From an uncultured Enterobacteriaceae bacterium (GTDB lineage Bacteria > Pseudomonadota > Gammaproteobacteria > Eutrophobiales > Eutrophobiaceae): a stretch of 64,000 nt of DNA. Where the stretch lies: assembly GCA_964479045.1 (NCBI GenBank), contig CAYZJI010000006.1, positions 80,241 to 144,240 of the forward strand. Direction: 5' to 3'. Both the position numbers and the translations under genes were made by a program. Positions 31,999 to 41,583 of the stretch are shown here, in pieces. The notes beneath the pieces were generated by a model. That model had not been told where the DNA came from, searched no databases, and saw only the letters and a program-made list of their open reading frames with translations. Every line of letters starts with the position of its first letter. Within the stretch, counting starts at the first letter, position 1.

Positions 31999-33237
31999 TC
32001 AGGCCGTTTTCCGCTGCGGATAACGTCGTTTCACGTAATCATCCACGATCTGGCGGAATTCTGAAGCGATGTTGTCCCCGCGCAGGGTCAATACCTTTTT
32101 GCCATCAATATAAACCGGTGCTGACGGGGCTTCACCCGTCCCCGGCAGGCTGATGCCAATATCAGCATGTTTGCTCTCTCCGGGTCCATTAACAACACAA
32201 CCCATTACTGCCAGAGTCATATCCTCAACACCCTCATACTGCTCACGCCAGATCGGCATCTGACTACGGACATGCGCCTGTATGCTATTCGCCAGTTCCT
32301 GAAATACAGTGCTGGTGGTCCGGCCACAACCCGGGCAGGCCGTGACCAGGGGGGTAAATGAACGCAGTCCCATGGTTTGCAGAATCTCCTGAGCCACAAT
32401 CACTTCGCGGGCACGATCCCCGCCTGGTTCCGGTGTCAGGGATACCCGGATCGTATCACCGATACCCTCCTGTAACAGGACACCCATGGCCGCAGTGGAA
32501 GCGACGATACCCTTGGAGCCCATGCCGGCCTCGGTCAGGCCGAGATGCAGGGCATAATCACAACGGGCAGCCAAGTCCCGGTAAACGGAAATCAGCTTCT
32601 GTACCCCACTGACCTTGCATGACAAAACGATGTGATCTTGCGGCAGGCCAATTTCCTGGGCGCGTTCCGCATTGCTGATGGCGGACACGATCAAAGCCTC
32701 TTTCATGACATCCTCGGCATCCAGCGGCTCTGGCAATTTGGCATTTTCGTCCATCATGGTCGTCAGCAATTCCTGATCCAGACTGCCCCAGTTCACACCG
32801 ATGCGAACCGGTTTTTTGTATTCGATGGCCTTTTCAATCATGGTGGCAAACTGGCTGTCTTTCTTGCGGCCAAATCCAACATTGCCGGGGTTAATACGAT
32901 ACTTGGCGAGGGCTTCGGCACACTCAGGGTATTTAGTCAGTAACTGATGGCCGTTATAGTGAAAATCACCCACGATCGGGACCCGGCAACCCACCTTCTC
33001 AAGCATGTCACGGATACGCGCCACCTGGGCTGCGGCTTCCTCGTTATTAACGGTGATACGTACCAGTTCTGACCCGGCCGCCGCCAGTTGCTGTATCTGT
33101 TTGGCCGTGGCTTCGGCATCCGCCGTATCGGTATTGGTCATGGACTGCACAACTATCGGGGCCCCGCCACCTATGGTCACGGAGCCTACTTTTACACCAA
33201 CGGTGTGATGTCTGCGGATGGTATTACTGGTTGACAT
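31999..33237 (-). CDS. ispG: 4-hydroxy-3-methylbut-2-en-1-yl diphosphate synthase (flavodoxin)
   Basis: It shows IspG/GcpE conservation ([20 protein letters not shown] ... the CPGCGRT Fe-S motif). Confidence 0.9.
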   Translation of the reverse strand: MSTSNTIRRHHTVGVKVGSVTIGGGAPIVVQSMTNTDTADAEATAKQIQQLAAAGSELVRITVNNEEAAAQVARIRDMLEKVGCRVPIVGDFHYNGHQLLTKYPECAEALAKYRINPGNVGFGRKKDSQFATMIEKAIEYKKPVRIGVNWGSLDQELLTTMMDENAKLPEPLDAEDVMKEALIVSAISNAERAQEIGLPQDHIVLSCKVSGVQKLISVYRDLAARCDYALHLGLTEAGMGSKGIVASTAAMGVLLQEGIGDTIRVSLTPEPGGDRAREVIVAQEILQTMGLRSFTPLVTACPGCGRTTSTVFQELANSIQAHVRSQMPIWREQYEGVEDMTLAVMGCVVNGPGESKHADIGISLPGTGEAPSAPVYIDGKKVLTLRGDNIASEFRQIVDDYVKRRYPQRKTA

Positions 33238-33532
33238 AAGGGCTCATATGGCTGAAATGGCAGTGCAGTCTAGCGGTAACAGGTTTGCAGTCAAGAATCA
33301 TGTCGCGCTAATATACTTCATATATTCATTAATTTTTAGGCTGCTAGTCCAAAGTTCGCATTTTCGGTCTGGAAATACTGACCTTCCCATATTACTGATT
33401 AAGCCTGAATATCCCGGATTAGTTCACTGCAGATTACGACTATCCAAGAGGCCGGCCGTATTGCCTGTCCAGGCAGGACTCAGACTGTTATCCAGGGAAT
33501 TAAATGTGACATGAAGAGAGATATATTAAGAA

Positions 33533-34048
33533 ATGGATAACAGACACCAATACAATCTGGAAGAGTTGCTGGCCTGTGCCCGCGGTGAAATGTTTGGTGA
33601 CGGCAATGCCCAGTTGCCATCCCATCCGATGCTGATGTTTGATCGTATCACCTCCATCAGCCGGGATGGTGGGGAGTTTGGCAAGGGCTGCATCACTGCT
33701 GAACTGGATATCCGCCCGGATCTCTGGTTTTTTCAGTGTCACTTCAAAAATGATCCGGTAATGCCGGGTTGTCTGGGTCTGGATGCCATGTGGCAACTGG
33801 TGGGATTTTACCTCGGCTGGCTGGGTGCCCCGGGGCGGGGCCGCGCTCTGGGCTCAGGTGAAGTGAAATTCACAGGACAGGTTACTCCAGCCAATCAAAA
33901 AGTAACCTACCACATCAATATCAAGCGGGTTATTCTGCGCAAACTGGTGATGGGGTTTGCCAATGGCAGCATGGATGTCGACGGCAAAATTATTTATACC
34001 GCGAATGATTTACGCGTGGGCCTGTTTAAATCGACTGATGGTTTTTAG
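33533..34048 (+). CDS. fabA: 3-hydroxydecanoyl-ACP dehydratase/isomerase
   Basis: 171 aa. The FabA active-site region ([24 protein letters not shown]) is present. Confidence 0.9.
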   Translation: MDNRHQYNLEELLACARGEMFGDGNAQLPSHPMLMFDRITSISRDGGEFGKGCITAELDIRPDLWFFQCHFKNDPVMPGCLGLDAMWQLVGFYLGWLGAPGRGRALGSGEVKFTGQVTPANQKVTYHINIKRVILRKLVMGFANGSMDVDGKIIYTANDLRVGLFKSTDGF

Positions 34049-34063
34049 GAGACAAATGGCTTT

Positions 34064-35284
34064 ATGAGGCGTGTGGTTGTGACCGGCATGGGGATAGTCT
34101 CCAGTATCGGCAATAACAAGACGGAAGTGTTGTCCTCGCTGCAGGAAGGAAAATCCGGCGTCGAATTTGCACCGGAGTACAAGGAACTGGGTTTCCGGTC
34201 CCATGTACACGCACCAATGCGTCTTAATCCTGAAGATCTGATTGATCGCAAGTTGCTGCGTTTCATGGGTGATGCTTCCGCTTATGCCTATCTCGCGATG
34301 CGGGAGGCCATTGCAGATGCCGGACTGGAAGCCACAGATATTTCCAACCCGCGTACCGGACTCATTGCCGGTTCCGGTGGTGGTTCCAATAAAAACATGT
34401 GCCTTGCAATTGATACTCTCCGTGAAAAAGGCGCGCGCAAGGTTCCGCCAACGCTGGTGCCCCGGATCATGTCGAGTACAAACAGCGCCTGCCTTTCTGT
34501 CGCTTATGAAATCAAGGGCGTGAACTATTCCATCAGTTCTGCCTGCGCCACCAGCGCACATTGTATCGGCAATGCATCTGAAATTATCCAGACCGGCAAA
34601 CAGGATATCATTTTTGCCGGTGGTAGCGATGAACTGCACTGGACCAGTTCCATATTGTTTGATGCGATGGGCGCATTGTCATCTACATATAATGAAACAC
34701 CACGGGCAGCTTCACGTCCCTATGATGCCAACCGCGATGGTTTTGTGATCTCCGGCGGCGGTGGCATTGTTGTACTCGAAGAACTGGAACATGCACGGGC
34801 CCGTGGTGCAAAGATTTACGCTGAAGTGATTGGCTATGGCGCAACCTCTGATGGCTTTGACATGGTCAAACCTTCCGGCGAAGGCGCTGTGCGCTGCATG
34901 CAGCAGGCACTGGCCACTGTATCTGCGCCCATCGACTATATCAACGCTCATGCCACCAGTACACCAGCCGGCGATATTACTGAAGTCAATGCCATTCGCA
35001 CGGTATTCGGGAACAGGATTCCCCCCATCAGTTCCACCAAATCACTCACTGGTCATGGGCTGGGTGCAGCCGGTGTCAATGAAGCAATTTATTCATTGCT
35101 GATGCTGGAGCGTGATTTCATCAGTGCATCAGCGAACGTATTTACTCTGGATCCGCTTGCCGATGGTGCCCCGATTGTCACAAAACGGATCGATAATGCC
35201 GGACTGCAAACGATTATGTCGAACAGTTTCGGTTTTGGCGGCACCAATGCCACCCTGGTATTACAAAAATACAAAGCGTCCTGA
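34064..35284 (+). CDS. fabB: 3-oxoacyl-ACP synthase I
   Basis: 406 aa with KAS-I motifs ([14 protein letters not shown]; the ...HGLGAAG... region). It lies immediately after fabA. Confidence 0.9.
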   Translation: MRRVVVTGMGIVSSIGNNKTEVLSSLQEGKSGVEFAPEYKELGFRSHVHAPMRLNPEDLIDRKLLRFMGDASAYAYLAMREAIADAGLEATDISNPRTGLIAGSGGGSNKNMCLAIDTLREKGARKVPPTLVPRIMSSTNSACLSVAYEIKGVNYSISSACATSAHCIGNASEIIQTGKQDIIFAGGSDELHWTSSILFDAMGALSSTYNETPRAASRPYDANRDGFVISGGGGIVVLEELEHARARGAKIYAEVIGYGATSDGFDMVKPSGEGAVRCMQQALATVSAPIDYINAHATSTPAGDITEVNAIRTVFGNRIPPISSTKSLTGHGLGAAGVNEAIYSLLMLERDFISASANVFTLDPLADGAPIVTKRIDNAGLQTIMSNSFGFGGTNATLVLQKYKAS

Positions 35285-35306
35285 TCTATGGTGACAGAGT
35301 AACGTC

Positions 35307-35714
35307 ATGGATTCCGAGCAGATGATCGCTGTGCTGTTGAGCTGGACTGTACATCTCTCACAATACCCTCTCCCTGAAGTCCCGCCCCGCGTCGAATACA
35401 AACCGCATTCATTTTTTATAGAACATGCCTGTCTGGGAAATGAGAAATGCCGGGCCGCCGGCTGGTATAACAATAACGGAATTGTCTATATTGATGAGCG
35501 CATCAAGGATCAGGATGATGCCATTACGCGCAGCCTGTACGTGCATGAATTCACGCATTACCTGCAGGATTTAAGCGGTAAATATAATCCACAGAATTGC
35601 CAGGATCATATGCGCCGTGAACGTGAAGCTTATTCCATTCAACGGCAATATCTGAACAAAATCGCCGGCCGTTTTGTTGCGGTTTACATCGACTACCCGC
35701 CCTGCCCTGATTAG
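35307..35714 (+). CDS. Small hypothetical protein with HExxH motif (putative minimal metallopeptidase-like)
   Basis: 135 aa. VHEFTHYLQD contains HEFTH (HExxH). It lies 22 nt after fabB, so it is likely co-transcribed. Confidence 0.4.
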   Translation: MDSEQMIAVLLSWTVHLSQYPLPEVPPRVEYKPHSFFIEHACLGNEKCRAAGWYNNNGIVYIDERIKDQDDAITRSLYVHEFTHYLQDLSGKYNPQNCQDHMRREREAYSIQRQYLNKIAGRFVAVYIDYPPCPD

Positions 35715-35729
35715 CTCACTTCACTGCAC

Positions 35730-36326
35730 ATGCCAAGAATAGATTTACTGCTCCTGTTGCTGTTATCTGCACAAGTTTTTGCAGACACTGGCGAAGAAAC
35801 AACCCGTCGATATTATCCTGTTCCCGAACACGGTGAACTGGTTCTGAACGTGCCTTCGGACTGGGAAGTCACCTATGTTGAAACCGGCAAAGTCAGCCCG
35901 CCAGTAATTACATTTTTCCGAAAAGATGTAAATAAACAGGAATTATTTCAATTGAACCTGTCCATACTCTGGGATGATGGTTTTGAACGTAATATCCTGG
36001 ATCCGGAACATATCCGGCAACTGGTGGAAGATACCGGCAAGAATGCGCTGGCGGGCGCTGAGCAGAGCGAGCTGTCCCTGTTGCCACTTGCCGGCGAAAT
36101 GGGCAGCGGCTATTTCTTCAACCTTGCCGATGCCGAGGCCAAAGCCGGTGAATACCGTTATCTGACCCAGGGCGCTCTGAGTGTCGGGGAGCTTCTTGTG
36201 GTTTTTTCCCTGTTTACACATCAACCGGATGATCATTTCCTGCACAAAAGCCTGCAGATGATACAAACCGCTACCCACCGTCTGCAGAGACATGTCGCCC
36301 TTCCGCTCAGTCTGGCAAAGGGCTGA
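35730..36326 (+). CDS. Hypothetical secreted protein
   Basis: 198 aa with a signal peptide (LLLLLLSAQVFA). It lies 15 nt after the HExxH ORF. The terminator follows. Confidence 0.4.
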   Translation: MPRIDLLLLLLLSAQVFADTGEETTRRYYPVPEHGELVLNVPSDWEVTYVETGKVSPPVITFFRKDVNKQELFQLNLSILWDDGFERNILDPEHIRQLVEDTGKNALAGAEQSELSLLPLAGEMGSGYFFNLADAEAKAGEYRYLTQGALSVGELLVVFSLFTHQPDDHFLHKSLQMIQTATHRLQRHVALPLSLAKG

Positions 36327-36525
36327 ACAAGGTATATAAAGAGGTTGGCTCGGCTAACTGACACTGTGAGAGAGTTTGCATTCAATGAGTCTGTGACAGG
36401 CAAAATTGAGGAATGCATCACATCCGTATGGGACCCGATGGACTAGAATATTCATTAACAAGTCATCAATCCTCCCCCTGATGCTTGTATATTTATAGCC
36501 TGGAGCGGCTCTACCTCCTCCCCCA

Positions 36526-36548
36526 TTGAGCCCTCCGGGCTTTTTATT
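36526..36548 (+). terminator. Probable rho-independent terminator of the fabA-fabB-ORF-ORF transcript (agccc-tcc-gggct + TTTTATTT)
   Basis: A short GC stem plus a T-run. It lies between convergent genes. Confidence 0.45.
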
Positions 36549-36556
36549 TACAGATC

Positions 36557-37615
36557 TCAGCCCTGTCCCATTTTCCAGATCATAACCCCCAGCACCAGCA
36601 ACAGCAGGGCTATCCCCGTAAAAACGACATAACGCTTCCAACCTCTTTTCGGGATGGAGGGCTGCAAAAGTGAGTGCCCGGGGCTGGCAGTACGTGCAAG
36701 ACGCCACTGGGTATTGGTGGAAACCACCGGATCAGTAAACATCTTGCGCCATTCGGCTATCGATTGCGGACGTTCCTTGTGATTTGATCGTAACGAATGT
36801 TCTATTGCCCGCAGAAAAAAAGTAGAGTATTTATTGCTGTGTTTATCCAGAGCCTCCCAGATTTCCAGAATCGCATGTTCCCCCGTCACACGATTACGGA
36901 AGGTCGAATCTACCGGCGGTTCTCCGGTAATCACCCTGAAAAGGGAAGCGCCGAGACTGTAAATATCGGTCCACGGTCCCTGCACATCACTCTTGCCAAA
37001 ATACTGTTCATAGGGAGCATACCCCGGCGTTACAAACTTGGTCAGGGTTCGGGTTTCTTCGCCCATCGCCTGGCGCGCTGAACCAAAATCCAGCAACACA
37101 GGAGTACCATCGGTACGAACAAAAATATTGGCCGGTTTAATGTCCCGGTGTATGAAGCCCTGTTTGTGCATGACCTCAAGACCATCCAGCAACGGCATGA
37201 TGATATCCATCAGTTCTTCTTCAGAAGGCTGGCCGCGTTTTATCATGTCGAGAAAGTTTTCACCTTGTTCATAACTCATCACCATGTAGGCGGTTTTGTT
37301 TGCTTCGAATACAGAATGAACCCGCACAATATTGGGATGATTGAATTTGGAGAGTGTTCTGGCTTCACGAATAAACCGTTCGAGACCGGTATGCAGGCTT
37401 TCCGTAGTATCCGCATCCACTGCCCCTACTGTCATGTCTGCATGGCGGGTGGCAATATCGCGCGGCATAAATTCCTTGATGGCCACATCCATGTCGAGAT
37501 TTGCGTCATGTGCCAGATAAGTAATTCCGAAACCACCCTGCCCCAGCACACTCCTGATGACGTACCAGTGTAATTTGTAACCTACAGGTAAGGGTTGTGG
37601 AGAGGCAATTGCCAC
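36557..37615 (-). CDS. Hanks-type serine/threonine protein kinase with C-terminal transmembrane anchor
   Basis: Kinase subdomains are present: GQGGFGITYLA, AIKEF, HRDIKPANIF, DFGSA and an APE-like GYAPYEQ. A hydrophobic TM segment sits at the extreme C-terminus (VVFTGIALLLLVLGVMIW). Confidence 0.8.
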   Translation of the reverse strand: MAIASPQPLPVGYKLHWYVIRSVLGQGGFGITYLAHDANLDMDVAIKEFMPRDIATRHADMTVGAVDADTTESLHTGLERFIREARTLSKFNHPNIVRVHSVFEANKTAYMVMSYEQGENFLDMIKRGQPSEEELMDIIMPLLDGLEVMHKQGFIHRDIKPANIFVRTDGTPVLLDFGSARQAMGEETRTLTKFVTPGYAPYEQYFGKSDVQGPWTDIYSLGASLFRVITGEPPVDSTFRNRVTGEHAILEIWEALDKHSNKYSTFFLRAIEHSLRSNHKERPQSIAEWRKMFTDPVVSTNTQWRLARTASPGHSLLQPSIPKRGWKRYVVFTGIALLLLVLGVMIWKMGQG

Positions 37616-37618
37616 AAA

Positions 37619-37813
37619 TCAGCCCTCATGAACAAGTATCCGGCTATCATACGCCATGACCTGGTCCTCAGGTAAATACAGTAAAATTTGTTCCGGTGCG
37701 ACGATATCTTTTACACGTAGCTGAAAACAGTACTGTTTGATAACGCATCGTCCGGGATCGGGAAGGTAACCACAATAATGCCCGGAGGATGTCTCCGGGC
37801 ATGATATGTACAA
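37619..37813 (-). CDS. Small hypothetical protein (64 aa) immediately upstream of kinase
   Basis: The ORF ends 4 nt before the kinase start. It is Cys-containing. It is supported only by ORF structure and operonic position. Confidence 0.3.
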   Translation of the reverse strand: MYISCPETSSGHYCGYLPDPGRCVIKQYCFQLRVKDIVAPEQILLYLPEDQVMAYDSRILVHEG

Positions 37814-37825
37814 CTGAGACGAGAT

Positions 37826-38074
37826 TTACTTGCCGGACTTACAGGCTTCCAGGGCACGATAAGCAACATTTCCCTTGTCTATGGTAGCGGCTGACTCAGA
37901 ACCATCAGTGAAAATAGTAGCGTCGTCCGCATCCCGGTACTTGTGCCCTGGTGACCACGTCTTGGGGTCAGCATAAAATTGTAATGCTTCGCGCATCATC
38001 TTGTTTTGGCGTTCGAGTTCCGTCACATCTGCACCTGAGCCGCCGCCTTCAGAACCTTTTTTGCCAAAAATCAT
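37826..38074 (-). CDS. Small hypothetical protein (82 aa), first gene of the kinase operon
   Basis: Gly/Ser-rich N-terminus and a charged helical middle. It lies 13 nt upstream of the next ORF. Confidence 0.35.
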   Translation of the reverse strand: MIFGKKGSEGGGSGADVTELERQNKMMREALQFYADPKTWSPGHKYRDADDATIFTDGSESAATIDKGNVAYRALEACKSGK

Positions 38075-38163
38075 TGTCCGGACTCCTGCATCGTATTAAT
38101 GGCAGGATACTAGCATTTATGGATTAATTTTCAACAATGCAGGCCCCTGGCTGATAATGTTAT

Positions 38164-38961
38164 CTACTTGATCACATCGGGAAAGAACAATGGCTGGCCA
38201 TTCACCCCAAATTCACGAATGATGGTCTGGCCTTGCTCACCCACAAGAAAGCTCACATATTTACGCGCCAGATCCAGTTTCACATGTGGATGCCGTTCCG
38301 GATTCACGATAATCACATGATAGGGATTATCCAGACCCGCGGTATATTCATAAACAATCGCCAGATCCAGCCGATCCATTCCGGCCAGATAGGTTCCACG
38401 ATCGCTCAGGGTATACGCCTGTTTGTCATTTGCCATCTGCAGGACCTGCCCCATGCCCTGACCCACAGCCAGATACCATGCGCCGCCGGGTTTTACGCCA
38501 GCGGCTTTCCATAATTCCAGTTCTTTCTGATGGGTGCCAGAATCATCGCCGCGCGAAATAAACGTATGCCCGCCTTTGGAAATATTCTGCATCGCGTTCG
38601 CCAGGGATTCAGCACCTTTAACGCCGGCCGGGTCATCCGCCGGACCAAGCAGAATAAAATCATTGTGCATGACCGGCTGCCGCTCAATCCCATGACCCGC
38701 ATTTACAAACTCAATTTCCGCCGCAGGCGCATGCACCAGAACCACATCTACATCACCATCCTGTCCAAGTCGCAAAGCCTTGCCGGTACCCACCGAGATC
38801 ACATGGACCTTTACATCATTTTGTTGCTCGAACGGTGGATGCAGAACAGCCAGCAATCCCGTATTTTCCGTACTGGTTGTGGTCGCGAGCCGCAAATATT
38901 CTTCGGCCAGTACTGTATTGCACAAGGCCACGCCTAAAACGAATGTAAAAATTCTTTTCAT
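38164..38961 (-). CDS. Periplasmic substrate-binding protein, TupA/ModA-like (oxyanion/tungstate-molybdate binding PBP2 family)
   Basis: It has a signal peptide. The blocks LRLATTTSTENTGLL ... ISRGDDSGTH are typical of TupA/WtpA-like binding proteins. No permease or ATPase genes are adjacent. Confidence 0.55.
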   Translation of the reverse strand: MKRIFTFVLGVALCNTVLAEEYLRLATTTSTENTGLLAVLHPPFEQQNDVKVHVISVGTGKALRLGQDGDVDVVLVHAPAAEIEFVNAGHGIERQPVMHNDFILLGPADDPAGVKGAESLANAMQNISKGGHTFISRGDDSGTHQKELELWKAAGVKPGGAWYLAVGQGMGQVLQMANDKQAYTLSDRGTYLAGMDRLDLAIVYEYTAGLDNPYHVIIVNPERHPHVKLDLARKYVSFLVGEQGQTIIREFGVNGQPLFFPDVIK

Positions 38962-38997
38962 CTTTAACTCCCCATGAAAAATATTTTTTATTTATTC

Positions 38998-40380
38998 CTA
39001 AAAGAAAAACTCAAGCTGTGTAAACAGATAATTCGCGTCATCTTTGTTTGCATCATCCATCAGATCACCGGCGATCAAATACGCGCCGCCAGCTTCCAAC
39101 CGCACATTGCCTGGTACGATATCCCAGCGCAGACTGCCTTCCAGTTGTGAACCAATATAACTTTCCGAAACACCGGGGGGATTGCGGATTCCAGAGACAG
39201 TCCAGGCATCATCGTCCGAAGCCAGCCAGTAACCACGGAACGCGATGAATCCGCTGGTGGCCGCAGTGGGTTTGAAAATGATACGCGCGCCCGGGGAGAT
39301 AATATTGGCGCGTGCGAATGGCCCATAGATACTGGTCGGGCCGAAATCAAAGCGGCGCGCGCCAAACAAGGGATCAAAACGGTTACTGTCGCCATCCACA
39401 CCGCTGTCATCACCGCTGGCATAATCAAATTGCGCCACCAGCCGCGGCGCCCATAGCGCATCAAAACTATATCCCACTTCAGCGTGGTGAAAATGCGCAA
39501 AATGATCGAGATCGGTGACATCCGTCGCGGCTGTGGAATTACGCGCCTCACCAAACTGGACAACTGATTCAAGCTGATAATCGAATTTCAGGTTGGCCGG
39601 ATCGCGATAAAGCCTGATCCCGGGCGTGTACAGATCGCGGTTGCGAGTCGCCAGGTCATCGTCATCATCCTCATTGAGTCCCAGTAAAAATACCTCGCCC
39701 TTGTCACTCCAGGGCAGGCTGCCCGGTGCGTAATATACGCCCCAGAATTTTACACTGGAAAATTCTTCATCAAATTTCGCATCATTATCGAGTATGCTGC
39801 CGCTCACCATACGCTGCACCGGCAGGGTATAAAACGCCCGCAGGTTGTTGCCGCCCGCCGTGGTCATCTTCCAGTCCACGCCGGTGAAGGCATTGATGGT
39901 ATTGCGATAACTGTTGCGCGCCAGCAGACGGCGATCACCGAGATCCATGGTCATACGGCCGCCGCGCACATTACTGCTACTGCCCGGCTGAAATACATCA
40001 TTGAGTTTGATATCGATATAGGCCTGCAACAACTCCAGCGGATTGATTTCGCTGGTGGTCAGTGGGGTGCCCGCATCCGCAAGTTCGCCTCGGGAATCCT
40101 GCATTTCAAAACCAAAACTGACTGGATCAAACTCAAGTTCAGCCAGCACCAGCGTTCGAAACAACAACACCTGGTCACCGCCACCCACACCCGCGCGGAA
40201 TTGATTATCGAGATTTTCAAACCGAGTCCGGTGCTGGCCCGATAGTGAAAACCAGGCGGGCATATTCAACGCTTTATTCAGCGTGAATGGCGTATTTTCC
40301 ACCGCACTCGCATACGGCAACATCCACGATGCTGTGCCGGACAGGAATAAACAGATAATTAATGTATTGCGCATTTTCAA
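38998..40380 (-). CDS. Outer-membrane beta-barrel channel, alginate-export (AlgE)-like family
   Basis: 460 aa with a signal peptide and an alternating amphipathic beta-strand pattern. It ends with an aromatic residue (LEFFF). Confidence 0.55.
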   Translation of the reverse strand: MKMRNTLIICLFLSGTASWMLPYASAVENTPFTLNKALNMPAWFSLSGQHRTRFENLDNQFRAGVGGGDQVLLFRTLVLAELEFDPVSFGFEMQDSRGELADAGTPLTTSEINPLELLQAYIDIKLNDVFQPGSSSNVRGGRMTMDLGDRRLLARNSYRNTINAFTGVDWKMTTAGGNNLRAFYTLPVQRMVSGSILDNDAKFDEEFSSVKFWGVYYAPGSLPWSDKGEVFLLGLNEDDDDDLATRNRDLYTPGIRLYRDPANLKFDYQLESVVQFGEARNSTAATDVTDLDHFAHFHHAEVGYSFDALWAPRLVAQFDYASGDDSGVDGDSNRFDPLFGARRFDFGPTSIYGPFARANIISPGARIIFKPTAATSGFIAFRGYWLASDDDAWTVSGIRNPPGVSESYIGSQLEGSLRWDIVPGNVRLEAGGAYLIAGDLMDDANKDDANYLFTQLEFFF

Positions 40381-40485
40381 AAACAGTCTCCTTGACGAGA
40401 GCAGCAGTGATAAATCCGGGATGGATTTATTCAGGACTTGCTTTATATTACCGGCTCACCACACCGAGATTAAATATGAAGTTAA

Positions 40486-41568
40486 TTGCATAATATGAAC
40501 CTGGGATTTGAAATCCGCTGGAAATTGATGGGACGGGAGATCGAGGAAATCGATCCGCTCCTGTTCTCGCTGCTCAAATCAATCCGGGATCAGGGTTCAT
40601 TGCAATCCGCCGCGAGAACCACTGGAATCTCCTACCGGCACGCCTGGGGTCTGATCAGGCACTGGACCGGGCGCATTTCCAAACCCATTGTAACCATGGA
40701 AAAGGGCCGTGGCGCCACACTGACGGAGATCGGTGAAAAACTGCTATGGGCTGAACAGATGATCAGTAACCGCCTCACACCAGATATGAACAGTATTGCC
40801 AATGAATTAAACAGCGAGTTCAACAATCTGATCAAGGCCCGGCATAAATCCAGTATGCTGCGCATCTATGCCAGTCACGGCCTGGGCATCGCACACCTGC
40901 AAATACTCTGTGCAGAATCACCGGTTTTCGATCTGGATTTTCATTTTCGCGGCAGTCTTGAAAGCCTGAGAGAACTGGCGAACGCACGCTGCGATATTGC
41001 CGGTTTTCATTTTCCATCCGGTGAACTCTCGGCAAGGTTGGCGCCGCTTTATCAACAATGGACCGATCCTGAAAAACATATGCTGCTGCATGTATCCACA
41101 CGCCAGCAGGGTTTAATGACGCAGAAAAACAACCCGCATAAAATTACCGGACTCAAAAGCCTCACCAAACGTGCCGTACGGTTTATTAACCGCCAGCCCG
41201 AATCCGGCACTCGTACTATTTTCGATGAAATGCTGCGTCAGGAAGGCATCAATAAAAACAGTATAAACGGATATAAGGAAGAAGAATTTACGCATGTTGC
41301 GGTAGCCGCCATGGTCGCCAGTGGTTCCGTGGATGCCGGATTCGGCATCAAAGCGGCAGCGGCCAGATTTGATCTGCACTTCATTCCGATCATCAGAGAA
41401 AATTATGTGCTGGCTGTCGATAAAACCCTGTCGAAAAAAATAATTGCCGAAATGACCAAGATATTGAAATCCCGTAAATACAAAAGCAAAGTCAGTACAC
41501 TTCCAGGCTATGATGTGAAACATGCCGGAAAAGAAATAACATTTGATGAATTATTCAGGGGTCATTGA
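40486..41568 (+). CDS. ModE-like winged-helix transcriptional regulator fused to a periplasmic-binding-protein-like (PBP) sensor domain
   Basis: The N-terminal region (LLFSLLKSIRDQGSLQSAARTTGISYRHAWGLIRHW ... GRGATLTEIGEKLL) parallels the ModE N-terminal HTH. Roughly 250 aa of PBP-like fold follow. It is divergent from the porin/SBP pair. Confidence 0.55.
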   Translation: MHNMNLGFEIRWKLMGREIEEIDPLLFSLLKSIRDQGSLQSAARTTGISYRHAWGLIRHWTGRISKPIVTMEKGRGATLTEIGEKLLWAEQMISNRLTPDMNSIANELNSEFNNLIKARHKSSMLRIYASHGLGIAHLQILCAESPVFDLDFHFRGSLESLRELANARCDIAGFHFPSGELSARLAPLYQQWTDPEKHMLLHVSTRQQGLMTQKNNPHKITGLKSLTKRAVRFINRQPESGTRTIFDEMLRQEGINKNSINGYKEEEFTHVAVAAMVASGSVDAGFGIKAAAARFDLHFIPIIRENYVLAVDKTLSKKIIAEMTKILKSRKYKSKVSTLPGYDVKHAGKEITFDELFRGH

Positions 41569-41583
41569 GTTCAACGACTCGCA

